From the human T2T-CHM13v2.0 reference genome, Homo sapiens, in assembly GCF_009914755.1 (NCBI RefSeq), contig NC_060925.1: a DNA stretch of 64,000 nt; one strand, written 5' to 3'. This document shows, in pieces, positions 45,871 through 64,000 of this stretch; within the stretch, counting starts at the first letter, position 1; each line of letters begins with the position of its first letter. Position numbers and translations under genes: made by a program. The notes below the pieces were generated by a model, which saw only the letters and a program-made list of their open reading frames with translations, had not been told where the DNA came from and made no database searches.

Positions 45871-48141
45871 AAACGAGCAGACATTAAAGAAACCAAGATT
45901 CTGGAAAGTAAAAAAACTGCAGAAAGGTAAGCTGATGTTTGGCAGCTTTACTTTGCAACTGAGGATGTTTGTCAACTCTACTTGCAAACTAAGAGGCTGA
46001 GAATGTGAACTTTTCCCAGGCGGAGGGCCACAGCTGGAGGACAGAAACCAGAGAGTGTGAAAGTCTCACAGGACTGAAGAGATATAATTGGAAATTTAAG
46101 GAGGCAACATTCCAGTGAAAAAGGAAGAGTAGAGGGTTGATCCTGGGGGAGAGCCATTGTTCTCTCTAAAGAATCTGCCTATTTCTGAAGCTGCATGACT
46201 TGGGAGGCTATACAACTCAGCAGAAGTCATCCTAAATGCAAAGCATTGCTTTCTGCAGTCCTACTGTGATATTGATATAAAAATTTGAGTTCAGGATTTG
46301 CCGAGGGTAAGACCCTCAGTGAACAGAAGAAAACACTAACAATATATCCCAGGATTGTAGATGAACCAAAGGAAGACAGAACCTTTCAAAAAGTAAAACA
46401 TGCATATGTGGGAAAAATAAATAAATAAAACATATTTTGATTCAGCACAGCTTCTGGGGTTAAATTACAAGCCCCTCTGTATATGCCCAGCAGAGAGAAA
46501 AGATAATGCCTCTGGAGAAATATTATTAACTGGAGCCTCTATAATTTTTTTTTATATATATAACGTCTACCTTTAAGTAAAAACATTTACTAAGCATGCC
46601 AAGAGACAAGAACATATGATTGTAAGCCAAGAGAGGTAAAAAAGACAATAAACAGATCCAAAAGCCATCGAGATAGTAAATTAGCAAACAAGGATTTGAA
46701 AGTAACTAGCATGTGCAAGAACATAGGCATATGGAGAAAATGGATTAAAAGATGAAGACTTCTTTCAGAGAATTGTAGTTTATTTAAAAATTACATTTTA
46801 TAACAGATCAATAAAATAAAATTAAGAATTTTAACAGGGGTGTTAACAGCAGTTTTAACATGGCAGAAGGCAAGATTACTGAACTGAAAGACATATCTAC
46901 AGAAAATAATCAAATAAAAACACTGAGATGAAAATGAATAGGAAATACAGAAAAGGATGGAAGATACTTGTAGAGTACAATGAAAAAGGGATGGAAAAAG
47001 ATATACTGTATTAACACAAATCAAAAAAACTGGAGTAGCTATATTAATTTCAGACAAAGTAGTTTTCAGAGCAAGGAAAATTATCAGGGATAAAGGGAAG
47101 CATCACATAATGATACTCTTATGTTTTCTTCTCTTCTCCAAGAAGACATAAAAATTCTTAATATATATGCACCTATCAAGACAGCATCAAACAGCATAAA
47201 ACAAAAACTGATAGAATAGCAAGGAGAAATAGAAAAGTCCATTATTATAGTTGCAACTTTTCTACCCTTCTACCCATAAATAACAGATCCAGCAGGCAGA
47301 AAATTAATAAGAATGGAGTTGAACCAAACAACATCATCAATCAACTGGATCTAATTGATGTTTACAGAATATTTCATCCAACAACAGCAGATACACATTC
47401 TTTTCAAGCTCATGTGGGACATTCACCAAAGTAGATCACATCCTGGTCCATAAAACACACCTTCCCAAATTTAAAAGAATAGAAATTACCCAAAGTATTC
47501 TTTCAGACCACAATGAAAATAACAGAATGGGAGCTAGAAAATCCCAAAATATTTGGAAGTTAAACAACCCGCTTATAAATAACACACAGGCCAAAGAAAA
47601 TCCCTCAAGAGAAGTTTAAAGGTATTTTGGACTAAGCGAGAATGAGAATGCAAATCATCACCATTTGTGGAATGCAGTAAAAGCAGGGATTAGAGGAAAA
47701 TTTATAGCACTGAATGTACGTACTAGAAAAGAAGATCTAAAAATCATTATCTAAGTTTTCACTTTGGGAAATAAGAAAAAGGAGAGCATATTAAATCCAA
47801 AGTAAGCAGAAGAAAAATAGTAAGTATCAAAGCAGAAATCAGTGAAATCGAAAATGGGAAATTAATAGAGAAAAACAACAAAACCAAAGCTGGTTCTTTG
47901 AAAAGATCAGTAAAATTGAAAAACTTCTAACCAAGCTAACCACAAAAAGAGAGGACACAAATTTCTAATATCAGAAATGAAAGGGGGACCATCACTACTG
48001 ATGCCACAAATATTTTAAAAAGATAATAAAGGAATATTATGAACAATTCAAAGCCCACAAATGAAACAATTATTTGAAAGAAACAATTTACTAAAACTCA
48101 TACAAGAAGAAATAGATCATCTGAATAGGCCTGTATTTATT

Positions 48142-48448
<307 letters not shown>

Positions 48449-49250
48449 GAATAGGCTTGTATTTATTAATGAAGTTGAATCAACAATATATAACCCTCCA
48501 AATAGAGTGCAACCAAGCCCCTATAGTTTGACCAGTAAATTCTACAATATATTTAAAAAATAGGTGCTATTGATTATCTACAATATAGCCCAAAAAAATA
48601 GAAGCAGAGGAATACTTCCTAACTCATTCTATGAGACCAGCATTACTCTAACATCAAAACCACACAAACACATTACAATAAAGGACAGTTAAACTAAATA
48701 TGGAAATCCTTAATCAAATTGGGAGATTTTAACACATTCCTTTTTATAAGTGCTAGAATTAAGAAATAAAATAATATTAACAATATGGAAAATGTGAACA
48801 TTACATGCTTCACATACAGATAACACCATACTCAAGAATGAGAGAATACACATATGCATTTACCAAAACTCTTCATATGCTGCATCAGAAAGCAAGTCTT
48901 GGCACATTTCAAAAAAACTGAAATAATTGAGATTATTTCTGTAATTATACAATAAAGATAAAAGTCATTTTTAAAAAGACAGCTGGAAATCTCCAAATAT
49001 TAAGACTATCAATCAACATACTTCTAAATAACATATAATTCAAAAAAGAAATTAAAATGAATATCAGAAAATATTCTGAATTTAACTTCAATGAAAATAG
49101 AACACGACAAAACTTGTGAGATAAAGCAGAAACAGTGCCTGCAGAAGGAAAATATGTAGATCTAAATATATGTATTTAAATATACATTAAATACATGTGT
49201 ATTTAAATATACCAAAAAACAAAGCCAGAAAACAATCTAAGAATTTATTA

Positions 49251-49597
<347 letters not shown>

Positions 49598-49668
49598 TAA
49601 GAGCTAAAATCGATAAAATGAAATCCAATGTACAACAGAAAGAAAATACAATTCAAACTACAGGGTCT

Positions 49669-49995
<327 letters not shown>

Positions 49996-50285
49996 CTAGT
50001 AAGACCGATGCAAAAGGAAAAAAGAAAAAGGAGACAAAACATGAATTACCAATATCAGGAATAAAAAAGAAAACATTACTAAAGATCTTATAGACAATAA
50101 AATAATAGTATATTATTAACAGTTTAAACCTAATAAATTTGACAATGAATTGAAAACAGTCCTTGGAAAATAACAGCCACAATCATAAAACCATTACTAA
50201 AATTGAACTCGTTATTAAAATTTTTCTCAGAAGAAATACACAGATGTAGATGGTTTTATTGATGATGTTTTTCAAATATCCTTAT

Positions 50286-50654
50286 TCTATTAGTCCATTT
50301 TCACACTGCTGATACCTGAGACTGAGCAATTTACAAAGGAAAAAGATTTAACTGGATGTACAGTTCCATGTGGCTGGGGAAAAAGGTTTAACTGGACTTA
50401 CAGTTCCATGTGGCTGGGGAATCCTCACAATTATGGCAGAAGACAAGGAGAGCAAGTCACATATACATGGATGGTAGCTTGTGCAGGGATACCTCCATTT
50501 TTAAAAATCAACAGATCTCGTGAGACTTATTCACTATCATGAGAACAGCATGGGAAAGACCTGACCCCTATTCAATTACTTCCCAAGGGGTCCTTCCCGC
50601 AACATGTGGGAATTCAAGATAAAATTTGGGTGGGGACACAGCCAAACTTCATCA
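50286..50654 (-). mobile_element. THE1 solo LTR
   Basis: TATTAGTCCATTTTCACACTGCTGATA...TGGGTGGGGACACAGCCAAAC. Confidence 0.88.
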
Positions 50655-50853
50655 AATATGGATATGCCATATTTAAGGCATAAATATGGATTGCCATAAT
50701 AATGCCAATCTCACACCAAACCTTTCAGAGATTAGAATAAAAGGAAAATACCCCCTCCCCCCCACTTTTTTGAGGTCAGCATTAACTGAATACCAAAATC
50801 TGACAAAGACATTACTAGAAAGGAAAGTTAGGGTCAGTGTTTCTCATGGATAG

Positions 50854-51172
<319 letters not shown>

Positions 51173-51744
51173 TAGATATCAAATCTTAAACAAAATAGGA
51201 AAATAAAGTCCAGTGATACGAAACAAAAATATATCACAAAAACATTGGGTTTATTACAGGAATGTAAAGGTGTTTTGAAATTCAAAAAGCAATCAAGATA
51301 ATTCACTACATTAACAGAAAAAAGAAAAATTAAATGATTTTGGTAAAGTCAGAAAACTAATTAAAATGCCAACATCCATGAATAATAATGATGATAATAG
51401 TAATAATAATAAGAAGAACTCAGCGAACTAGGAAGAGAAGGAACTTCCTTCAACCTGAAAAGATACACCTACAAAAAATCTACAGCAAACATCATAGTTA
51501 ATTATGAAATATCAAAATATTTTCTTCTAAGATCACAAGTGAGATGAAGACATTACCCTTGTAAGAAAGGTCCAAGTCAAAGCAATAAGGCAACAAAAAG
51601 AAAAAATATATACATAAGGATGAGAAAGGAAGGAATATGCCTCTCATTATGTACAGACAATGTGATTATATATGTAAATACAAATGAATTCACAAACCAT
51701 TAGAATAAATGCATTTAGCAATATATAATTAATACATATATTTA

Positions 51745-53266
51745 CTTCACTTCTGGGAGTTAAATGCTAAACATGGTCTCTGACTTTCCAGAAACCTATC
51801 ACACCCATTGATAGAAAGGAAGCCAGTTCCATGCCAGCATCTTCCACTCTCAAGCCTGGCCTCAGAAGAAAGCACCACCAAGGTTTGGAAAGACCCTGGT
51901 TCCTCCCCTCCTTCGCCAGCACATTCTTGATTGCCTTGGTGAAAGGAGCCTCCAGACTTTCCTTGGGAAACTGCCAAGTGGTAGGTTTTGGGTTTTACAT
52001 ACAAATCCATCCTAACACTCCACATTCATGAGCCATCTGACTCTTTCCTCAATCTTAGGCCAAGGAGATTCTGGCATCTCCATCCTATTAATTCTAGCCC
52101 ATTGCCATGTCCATGCTTCAAGTTGTTCCAACAAAATTTAAGACCCAGTTTCAGGCAGGTGTTCTAGCTTAATTTCATAAATATGCCAGGCTCATGAATC
52201 TTCACCAGGTTTATATCCTACACACGTGTCTTTCCAGAGCAAAATATTAAATCCCAAGCCATGGGTGAGTCCTTCCCGTGTCAATAAACTCATCTCTATT
52301 CATCATGCTCCAGCATGCTCACCACCCAAGTCTAACACTCTCAGTATTCCCTTTCACACATATTCTCCCACTTTCTACTGGTCCATGTTAGTCTTGCCCT
52401 GCAATTCCTTTGGCATATTTTGGCTACTTTTTTTCCTGAAACAGAGGTTGTATTTCCTTGCTCAGGCTGTGCTAAAGTCTGACCCCGTTTATTGGCCTGA
52501 AGTCAATGAGATGTCGAGAGAGTGGAGCTTGGGACCTAACATCATATTGCAAGTGACCTCATTTATATCAGGTTTTGTACAGTTTCCAGTCAAGGAAAAT
52601 CTATTCTTCTTTGGCAAGGGGAAGAAAGTTGCTTTTCCTGCCAGAACGACTTGGAGTTAATTTATAGGTATGAGATTATAGGTATGGTATAGGAGACACT
52701 TCCCAGTGTCTCCATGCCAGGTCTTGGGGTCTACTATTTTCCCATCAGGGCCTTGACTTTGACATAGTAAAGTGTCAAAGCTATGCATTCAGCCTCCTTT
52801 GCAATTCAGCCACACTTATAATCAGATCATAAATCTGAAATTTCAACAGAGCATGCCCTCAGGCTGCAGATGACAATATTTTCCTTTAAAGCTGCCACAG
52901 AAATCTCTAACTGTACAGTATTCCTTAAGTTGGCAGTTAACTACTCTAGACTTACTGTTTTTTATATTTTTGTAAGATCTTCAGTACTGTCAAAAATACT
53001 CACCCCATACCACAACTCTTACCATTATTCCTGCCCTTATATCAATCTAGTGTGGTGCCCACTTGATCTCTCATCTCCTTCCCTTTCACCTGCACCTTGC
53101 CCAATTAAACAAATGTGAAAGCTTTAGTATGTATCATGTTCTCTATGCCAGAGGGGTTTTGCCATCACACTTACTCCAGCTTTTTATTCCCTTTAGACAG
53201 ATAGGAAAACCACTCTCAAAACCCCATGCTGAGAATCTGCTTTCTGGAGCCACTCCTTGTACAAAT
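51745..53266 (-). mobile_element. ERV-L internal segment (PBS + decayed gag)
   Basis: Minus-strand frames yield VAELQ.RLN, YVKVKALMGK..DPKTWHGD, LEAWT..W....MEMPESPW and PFTKAIKNVL, matching recalled ERV-L gag motifs; multiple stops and frameshifts. Confidence 0.78.
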
Positions 53267-53900
53267 TGTCATAACCTAAGTTCCCTGGAAAACAGAATCA
53301 AAGGAAAAAGCTGTAAGCTAATGCTTTGTTTAGGTAGGAGGCACGATCCAGGAATCTAGAATGAAAGGAAAAGAAAAATAGGGGAAACAAATATTAAGTT
53401 TTACACATCGAAGTTGGCTACAGCCTCCAGGAAAGGGCAGCTCTTTTGTTCTCTCACACAGGATGTCTCCAGGCAGAATGCTGGCATCACTGTGCTGTGA
53501 AACAGTCAATAGTGAAGAAGAAAGGAAAATAGATCTACTGCCTCTCTCCATCTTTTGTCTTTTATCAGTGAAATTTCACCACATAGAATGTTTACTTCAC
53601 TGTGTTCCAGGATTTGGGAGACTGGACAGCTTATCTCCCAGGGTGGCTCTTTATGAGACCAGAAGTGATGGGAGGGGCCAGAGCCACTGGTTCCATTTAG
53701 GCCAGATCTGGAGGCTAGAACTGCAGTGACTTTCTCTGTGCTGGGGATGATGGAACATGCGAGAGCCTGGTCTTCTCTAGAAGTAGCTGAGGCTGCAAGT
53801 ATTGTTGACAGTCAGGGTGGCAACAGTTGCGGCTGTCCACCAAGCAAGTGGCCAAGTGCTTGGAAGGTGGGAGTAACCAAGCAAATCTGAAGAAATGCAA
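53267..53900 (-). mobile_element. ERV-L 5' LTR (LTR16/33-like; upper boundary uncertain)
   Basis: The reverse strand ends TTCCAGGGAACTTAGGTTATGACA, immediately followed by PBS-like TTTGTACAAGGAGTGG. Confidence 0.6.
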
Positions 53901-54353
53901 AAACAGGAGGGATTAATACATTTACCATTTAGACAACTGTCTACCGAACACCTCCACAGGAATAGAGATACAATTGGCATGTCCAAAACTGAATCCACCA
54001 TCTGTACCCAAACATATCCCTCCTCCTGTGTTCCTTATCTAAGTGACTACCACCATCATATACTCATTTACCAAGACACGATGTAGGTGTCATCTATCTC
54101 AGCCCTCTATCTCCTGCATCTTCTACATCAAATTCATTTCCATATCTAACTTCTGTCTTCCTAATTTTGCAATCCACTGCCTCTACAGTGCTACTCCTAC
54201 CTTAATCCAGTGTGAATTTTTTTGCAATAAACAATATAACAATTACAACAGTCTCTTGACTGGTTTCATTTTCTTTGTTCTTACTTCCAGCTACTCCATT
54301 CTGTGAATGGAGACACCGTGGAAGTAGGGTAGGGATTAAGAACCCACACTTTG

Positions 54354-54693
<340 letters not shown>

Positions 54694-55457
54694 TTAACCT
54701 TTCTTGGCTTCAACTTCCTGTTGTCTTTAGGATTCCGCCATGGGCATCTTGAAAGGCTCTCCAAAGGGAAGGAACATGATCCATGACTAGATCCAGTTTT
54801 GAAATGACCGAGGAGCAAAGAATTTTAGGGGTAAAAATCTACTTTATATTGTTTCAACTTGCTGTTTCCATGATGAGAAGATGTTAGTCCCAGCCTTGTC
54901 TTTTGAAAGTTTAAAGGAAACCAATCACACAGGCATTGTCTCTGCTGTAAAAAGTGCTGCACTTTTTCAGCCTTTTTCAGGTGATTAATGTGATCCTCCA
55001 CTTCTGAGAGACACGTTCTCTCTAGGGCCTAGACATTACTGACACAGGCCATTGGGGAAAAAATGACTAATTCAGGCAAATATAAATGCTCGCATTAACC
55101 TCTGATGCTGTCATTTGTGCTCCAAGTGCCTGGCTCAGGAGGTGAACAAACGGCAAGAACAAATGAAGGGTACTTTCAAAATTGAAGTCACTTTATACTG
55201 CATTTTATTTAAGATTTTTGTGGCAGAAAAGCCATTTTAAAAAGGCATATGTAGGAGCTGGGTAACTGCCTGGTCTTAATGAATGTGACAAACAGAATAG
55301 CTGTCACCAAGATTGTATTAGGGAATGGCATGATTTAGGATCAAAGGTGAAGGGCTCCTCGAGGTCATGTAGACTGAAAGCTTCATTTTATAGAAAAAAA
55401 TTGGCCCTGAGAACCAGAAAGCCAATGGTTCCCAGTTTAGCCATTTCTATTTACCTT

Positions 55458-55882
55458 ATTATTCATTTCCGAAGTCTGCCATAACAAATGACTGCAAATA
55501 TGGTGGTTTAAGCCCACAGAAACTTATTCTTGCACAGTTCTGGAACATAGAAGTCTGAAATCCAAGGCTAAGCAGGGCCATACGTTTTCTGGTCTTTAGG
55601 GAAGAACTCTGTTTTCAGCTTCTGGTGGTCCCAGGCCTCTCTTAGCTTGTGGCTGCATCACTCCAGCCTCTGCCTTTATCGTCACATGACCTTCCCTCCT
55701 GTCTATTTCTCTGTGTCCTCCACGAATCTTTTAAGAGCACCAGTCACTGGATTTGGGGCTCACCCTACATCCTGGATGACTTCATCTTAAATCATATCTG
55801 CAAATACCCTATTTCCAATTAGATCACACTCTAAGGTTTCAGATGGACATAAATTTGGGTGTACACTATTCAATCCACTACA
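55458..55882 (-). mobile_element. MLT1B/C-type LTR
   Basis: CTGCCATAACAAA...CACAGTTCTGGA...ACACTATTCAATCCACTACA. Confidence 0.82.
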
Positions 55883-56776
55883 AACCCCATGGCTCCTCCT
55901 TAACACAAAGGGGTCATTCCTGGATCTAAGGGAGCAGGTATGGATTCTGCACCTCTCCCAATGCCTTAGACCATAATTTATGCATAGATGTTGAGAGTCA
56001 TACTGCCTGGATTCAAAGTACATTGACCCTTAATAAATAAATCATTTCAAAGCTTCAGTTTTCTCAGTTACAAAATGGAGAAAATACAGCCCTCCATGTG
56101 GGAGCCTCATCAGGTTGCAGCGAGAACAAGGTGGCATAATCCACATGGACCACTTAGCCCAGCATGTGACCCATGACTAGGGCTCAATAAATATTAGCTG
56201 CTACCAATCAAAGCCAGCACTGATGCTTTGGAAGGGTTTGCATATCATACAAAATAAAATTCAATCATCCTCCAGGCTACGTGGGAAGCACTGTATGGCA
56301 GCTAGCTAATTATTCCCACCCACCCATCATGGGAAAAGCCCTGACCTCCATACCAACAATTTCAATAGGGCTTCCTTTGTCGGCTTCTACCTGAGCTGTC
56401 TGGCGATTCGCAATTTTTCAGATCTGAGCCAGATTCACATTTGGAGATTAAGCTCCAGTATCTAGACTAAGCAGAGATGCATAGTAATGGACAGAGATGT
56501 CCAAGATAAATAACTCTAGAACCTGAGCTCAAAAAGCTGGTAGCTTTCAGGAAACTCTCAAAGTCTCTGAACTGACTGGCTGGGTCTTGCCTGAAAGACT
56601 AGCAGAAAAGGGAGCTGGGACTGGGACCAGGAAGACAGAGGAAGCCAAGGGTGGACCCTGACAGTGGCAGCTTGAAGTCCAATTGCAACATCTTAAGGAA
56701 AAGCACAAGGCTGTGGGAAGGAGAGGTAAGGTAAGGAGGTATCTATTGAATCATGCGGTGGGGGGCATACCTGCTC

Positions 56777-57164
56777 TAGTGGACACTGTGGGGCACTGCC
56801 CAGATCCACCTTCACAACTGAAGCACTCATTCTCCAAGCCCTTGGGGAATCAGCTCTCAGGGAATCTGCTTAAGCTAAGGAGAGCCACCCAGCCCAAGGT
56901 CACACGGCCTCCCTGGAAGCAGCTCACATCCAATGTCTGGTCCATGGTGGAAAAGCATAAAGGCTTGGCCATAGGCAGGATTATCCTGAGGACTCATCTA
57001 ATCTCCAGAGCTCTTACAGCGTCAGAGGAGGTTTCCACTGTCACTGCATAACAAGTCTTAATTTTCCCCTCCCCTTGAAGGTGTCAATATTGAGAACAGC
57101 TCAATAAAACTCTTACATGCAAATTGCCATCTCATCATGTTTCTCAGAAAACCCATCCCAGACA
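56777..57164 (+). mobile_element. LTR16-type ERVL solo LTR
   Basis: TAGTGGACACTGTGGGGCACTGCCCAGATCC...CAATAAA...GACA. Confidence 0.65.
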
Positions 57165-57714
57165 CCTACATTCACAAAATCCCTGAAAGACGCTGTTCTA
57201 TCAATCTCATTTTCCTGATGAGAAAATTGAGCCTCAGAGATCAAGCAATGTCCCCAAAGACATACAGCTGGTAAGTGGCAAATTCTGATTTTAAACTCAA
57301 GTATGTGCAGCCCCAAAGCCCATGGTCTTTCCACTTTAATCTCTGCCTTCATTGAGTCAGTCACTAAGAATAAAGCAGAAATTAAACATTCTCAGGATGA
57401 GAAAATAGGAAGGCAACCACTGTGTTATATGGATGACATTCCCTTTGTGCTCCCCCTGGCTTGCTTAAAGCCCTGTGATTATAGTTGTGGTTATTTTTCT
57501 TGTTATCTCATTCAGCGCTGGTTACTAAATGTTTGTTTTCTTTTATTAGCCCACTGTATGCTTAGGACCAGGCTCCAGTTTCCTAGTTGTGTTTGCCTAG
57601 CTCCTTATAAGCTTGAGCCATCTGTTCCTCTCGAAGTGGACAGGATGACATTTTTTTCCCCAGAGTTTACCTACTTTGTATTTTATAAGGGAAGCCAAAC
57701 TAGGTGATTCATTG

Positions 57715-57752
57715 TCCTTCTCCTCCTCTTCTTCTTCCTCCTCCTCCTCCTC
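57715..57752 (+). repeat. (TCC)/(TCT) simple repeat
   Basis: Seen directly. Confidence 0.85.
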
Positions 57753-58759
57753 ATCAATAGGAAAACACTGAGAAGCAGCCTTAAGGAACAACACAGTGGT
57801 GATATCAAGGGACTTGAAATTATGTCACGTGCTATCGGCAACCAATATATGATGTTTGGATTGAGAACTATGATCAAAGTGAAGCAGTGGAACTTTGCAG
57901 TTAATCAAACAGGAATTTTGAACCAAAAACCCACAAATGTGTTTCAACACACTTGAGCCACGTAATCTTGGGTGAGTTACTAAACTGCTATGTGCAATTT
58001 TCTCACCTGTCAAATGGAGCTAATAATAGACTTACTATTTTGTGTGTGAGGATTTGCTGATCTATATATAAAGGTTTTAGCACAGTGTTATAAATATAGC
58101 AAATACATACTTAAAGTTATCTGTTAATGCATGGAAATTAGAGGTGAACAAAGTTGGGCTCTTTATTTACGAAATATTGTATGTTGTTTAGAGCAATTCA
58201 ACCTGGGATAAGCTGAGTTCCAGAGGCAGACAGGTGTAAGAGAGCTTCTGACATGAACATTGCAGGCAGGCAAGATAATCACTAGCATCCATTCCTTCCA
58301 AATATTAACATTATATTCCCTCAAAGGTTGTGACATAGTTGGATTTCTTGAGACCTCTTCTCAGAGAGACAAGAACTTTGTTGTTTAAATGATCCATCAA
58401 GATCAGCTTAAAACAGCACCTGTAGTTTTGTGGTATCCCAAACTCTGAATCTGAACAGATCATTTATCAGGAAAGTCTAGAAAGATGTTTCATTTTGAAG
58501 TTTAAGGATAAATTATTGAATTGGCCTCTGATATGGGTGACTGGTTGCTCAATTCAATAGGACTGGCTGTGTAAACATATAACAGGCTTTCAGAATGTTT
58601 GTCCAGGGTGGGATAAAAAGGGTAACTATTAATCCATCAATTCCTGTCCCCCAGTGGTCAAATTTTTACCCAAAAAGGTGGCAGCTCCTTGCACTTCCAG
58701 GTTGCATATCTATGGGCACATTGTGACGTGGAGAGAGAAGTCTTGGGTCTGGACACATA

Positions 58760-60247
<1,488 letters not shown>

Positions 60248-60976
60248 TTATAGACACCCATTTTACATTAAAATATGTTACTTTTTCCACTTTCCAAAAT
60301 AGCATCTTGCTCCTTTCACTGAGTATGATCTCAGTCCTAGTCTCCTTTGCTCCTGATCAGCAAACAACCTAAACAAACCATCATAGTGATCTCAAATATC
60401 ATTCTCTTTCTGTGCGCCCCCCCGCCAGAGTTTTCTCTTCTGAAGAGTATCACAGGGCATATATTTTTCAAGTTAAAATATGTTTTTTGAGAATGTCACA
60501 CACTGTTTGAGATCATTAGTACCTTCCTGGGTCTGCATTACTGCATTAAAATAACCCATAAATTCTATCTCCATTAAAGCTGGCAATTGTTCAATTGCAT
60601 TTGATATTCTAGGGCCCAACTTTGTATAATTCTGTGTACTTAGGACATAATCCCCATATTTTGATATTTCTACATGTAGTTAGCTACATCCTGTGTGATT
60701 TCAGTTCTGTCAGCTTGTCTTTTCAAACACATGTTATTCACAAAGCATTGTTCTTAAAAATTAAGAACTATTCAAGCTGTTCTTTGAGTTCTGAAAGTCC
60801 TCTCTAACATTTTGCTTTAGAGAAGCAACATATTCGTTCGTCAGCATTCACTGAATTAGTTAAGAAAAAGTTCATTTATCAGTTAAAAGAGGAATGGAAC
60901 ACAAGGGGTATAAATTATGGATTGCCTATCAGGGGGCAAGGGAGAGAGAAGGCAGTAAAATTGATGGGAAAGGTCA

Positions 60977-61834
<858 letters not shown>

Positions 61835-63305
61835 ATCATGAGTTTCTTCTAAAGACAATAGTTCACTCTAGTTGGGCTCAACAAGCCTGTATTGAATTCT
61901 TACTACGTGTCATGCACTATTGCAGGATTGGAGATACCAAGATGATAAAGTCACAGTCTCTTCCTGGTAGGATAGTGAGCCATGTCAGGAACAACTATAG
62001 CAGAGTGCCATAACAGGTGTAGTAAGAGTGGTATCTGCAAGAAACAGAGCTGTACAAAGGAGATGGTGATTAGCTATTTCTTAGAGGCCTCAGTGTGCAG
62101 TGGCTTTGGAGTTGTTCAGCCCAGATTCAGATTCCAGCATTAATACTACCTAATGCTACGATCTTGCACATGTTACCTAATTGTCTGAGCCTAATATTTC
62201 CTTCCCCTGGGAAGGGGTTTCCTTGGTGTAACACTCACTCCTTCCCAAAAAAGGAAAAGTCCCTTCATTTAATTGGTGAGTTTGGGACATAAGGAAGCTG
62301 TTTGCACCAGCCCCTCCCTCTTTCCTTTTTCTTTGAGTTCTGACTGTTTGTAGGAGCCAGGAATTTCCACTACTTCCTGCCACATGGTGACAGAGGTCTG
62401 TCTGTTTTGATTTATGGGTGGGAACTGCAGTGGACCAGCATGGTTTGTAAAGGCAAAAGTTGCTGTAACTCATTATTAGAAGGCCACAGGTTTATGCCAT
62501 ATTATAAATAATAGCTTCACAAAACTGATATGTGTTTCCCATAGACCCTATTTTTTCCCCTCTCAATTGGTTTAATTGGTTCTCAATTGGACAGGAGAGA
62601 AAATACTGTGTTCAGTATCCATCATGCTGGGCCAGAAATCTGAGACTGAGACTGAAATACCACATGGTGAGTCTTTACTTTAGGCCAGGATACAGGAATT
62701 TAGACTTCAGTAAGCACATAGCTTTGACGTTGACAACCTAGAGAGGCTACCTTGAGCCGCACAGCTCTTGCCTACAACTCGGTATTTATTTAGCTTTCAG
62801 CTGACCTTACCAAAGTAGAAGCTTTAGGCTTCAGGCACAGCCATATGGGACTTTTCACCTTGGTGGTTCACATCAGCTTATGGCAACTTTGTCCACAGTG
62901 AGCGGCTGTCTCTATAGAGACAGAGCTGCAAGTACGAGAGCTTTGGAAAAACAGTACAAATGCCTCAGGAAAAATACTGTGTGCTGTGGGGTGTTAGTCA
63001 CCGCAGCTTGACCTTAAACTAGAAGGTATGATTTTTCTAAGCAGTTGTAGCTGAGGTAAGGATTCCATTTTAGGATAAAGAGAACCTTTACATACTCAGC
63101 CTGTTAAGGCATTGGTAGGCAAAAAAATGATAATGATTGTTTTTTTAAATTTTGAGGCAGCTGCACTCCAGGTATGCTCAAGACACGAGGGAGAACTTGC
63201 CTTTAAATGATGAATGTCAAACCTAGGTGAAAAATGCAAGATCTGGCTGCCCATATTCTAACCTGTTTTCTGGACCAAGGAGCAAACTTGAATGATTTTG
63301 CTCAT

Positions 63306-63685
63306 TGGATAGCCTTGAATATACTTAGCTTGTCCAAAGGCTAATGTTTTGAAATACTTGAAGAGTTGCTGAATGAATTTCAAGGAGGTGTAGTCATCTT
63401 GGGGGCATTCAGATACTTTCTATGCTAAAAGGGGGCTGTGAGTGTTTTTTAAGAATGTCACACACTGTTTGAGATAATTAGTACCTTCCTAGTTCTGCAT
63501 TACTGCACTAAAATAACCGATAAATTCTATCTCCATTAAAGCAGGAATGGATAGCCTTGAATACATGTAGCTTGTCCAAAGGCTAAAGTTTTAAAATACT
63601 TGAAGAGTTGCTGAATGAATTTCAAGGAGGTGTAGTTATCTGAGGGGCATTCAGGTACTTTCTATGCTAAGAGGGGCCTGTGAGT
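63306..63685 (+). repeat. 138-bp direct repeat pair separated by a ~100-bp copy of 60481-60580
   Basis: 63306-63443 matches 63548-63685 (11 mismatches by my count); 63443-63542 matches 60481-60580 (6 mismatches). Confidence 0.93.
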
Positions 63686-64000
63686 TTTAGAGAAAGAAAG
63701 GGACAGATTAAAGCAGTAAGTTAAACCATTACAGAAACAGTGGATTGGTTGTAAAAAGAAACGAGAAATGCCAGAGCTGTCTCCCACTCCTGCAAGAAAA
63801 GGCATAGCAGAAGGAAGTGCTACTTAGAGCCTGGGTTATTGAAGCAACACAGCAGAAAATTTGGTCCTTGTTACACTCCAGAACTTTGAAATCATCTACA
63901 GCAGCTGCTGAGCCATTTATTCTCCAGTGGAAATGAAAGACAGGGGATGAGGAAAAACTGTTGCACGGCAGGTGGGATTCACAGACTTAACTCCATAGAG

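Overview
Primate (almost certainly human) genomic DNA, AT-rich and repeat-dense, with one protein-coding gene fragment: the 5' end of RGS7 on the minus strand. A CpG-island promoter (~22.1-23.0 kb) carries a non-coding exon 1 (donor at 22378). Exon 2 (21178-21305) encodes MAQGNNYGQTSNGVADESPNMLVYRK, and the next intron runs off the left edge (1-21177). The right ~41 kb is upstream/intergenic, filled with Alu, L1, L2, CR1, MaLR/ERV LTRs and DNA-transposon relics, plus a decayed ERV-L LTR-PBS-gag fragment. Nearly all ORF-track entries are spurious. Most notable: (1) the only ATG in the inferred 5'UTR opens a 13-codon uORF whose TGA is in frame with RGS7 and followed by 38 stop-free codons up to the main ATG; (2) an RE1/NRSE-like site in intron 1; (3) a tandem duplication containing a templated insert copied from 3 kb away; (4) a local RFX-motif amplification inside a MER41A LTR. 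I see no prokaryote-type system (CRISPR etc.). Repeat subfamily calls rest on recalled consensus sequences and their boundaries are approximate.
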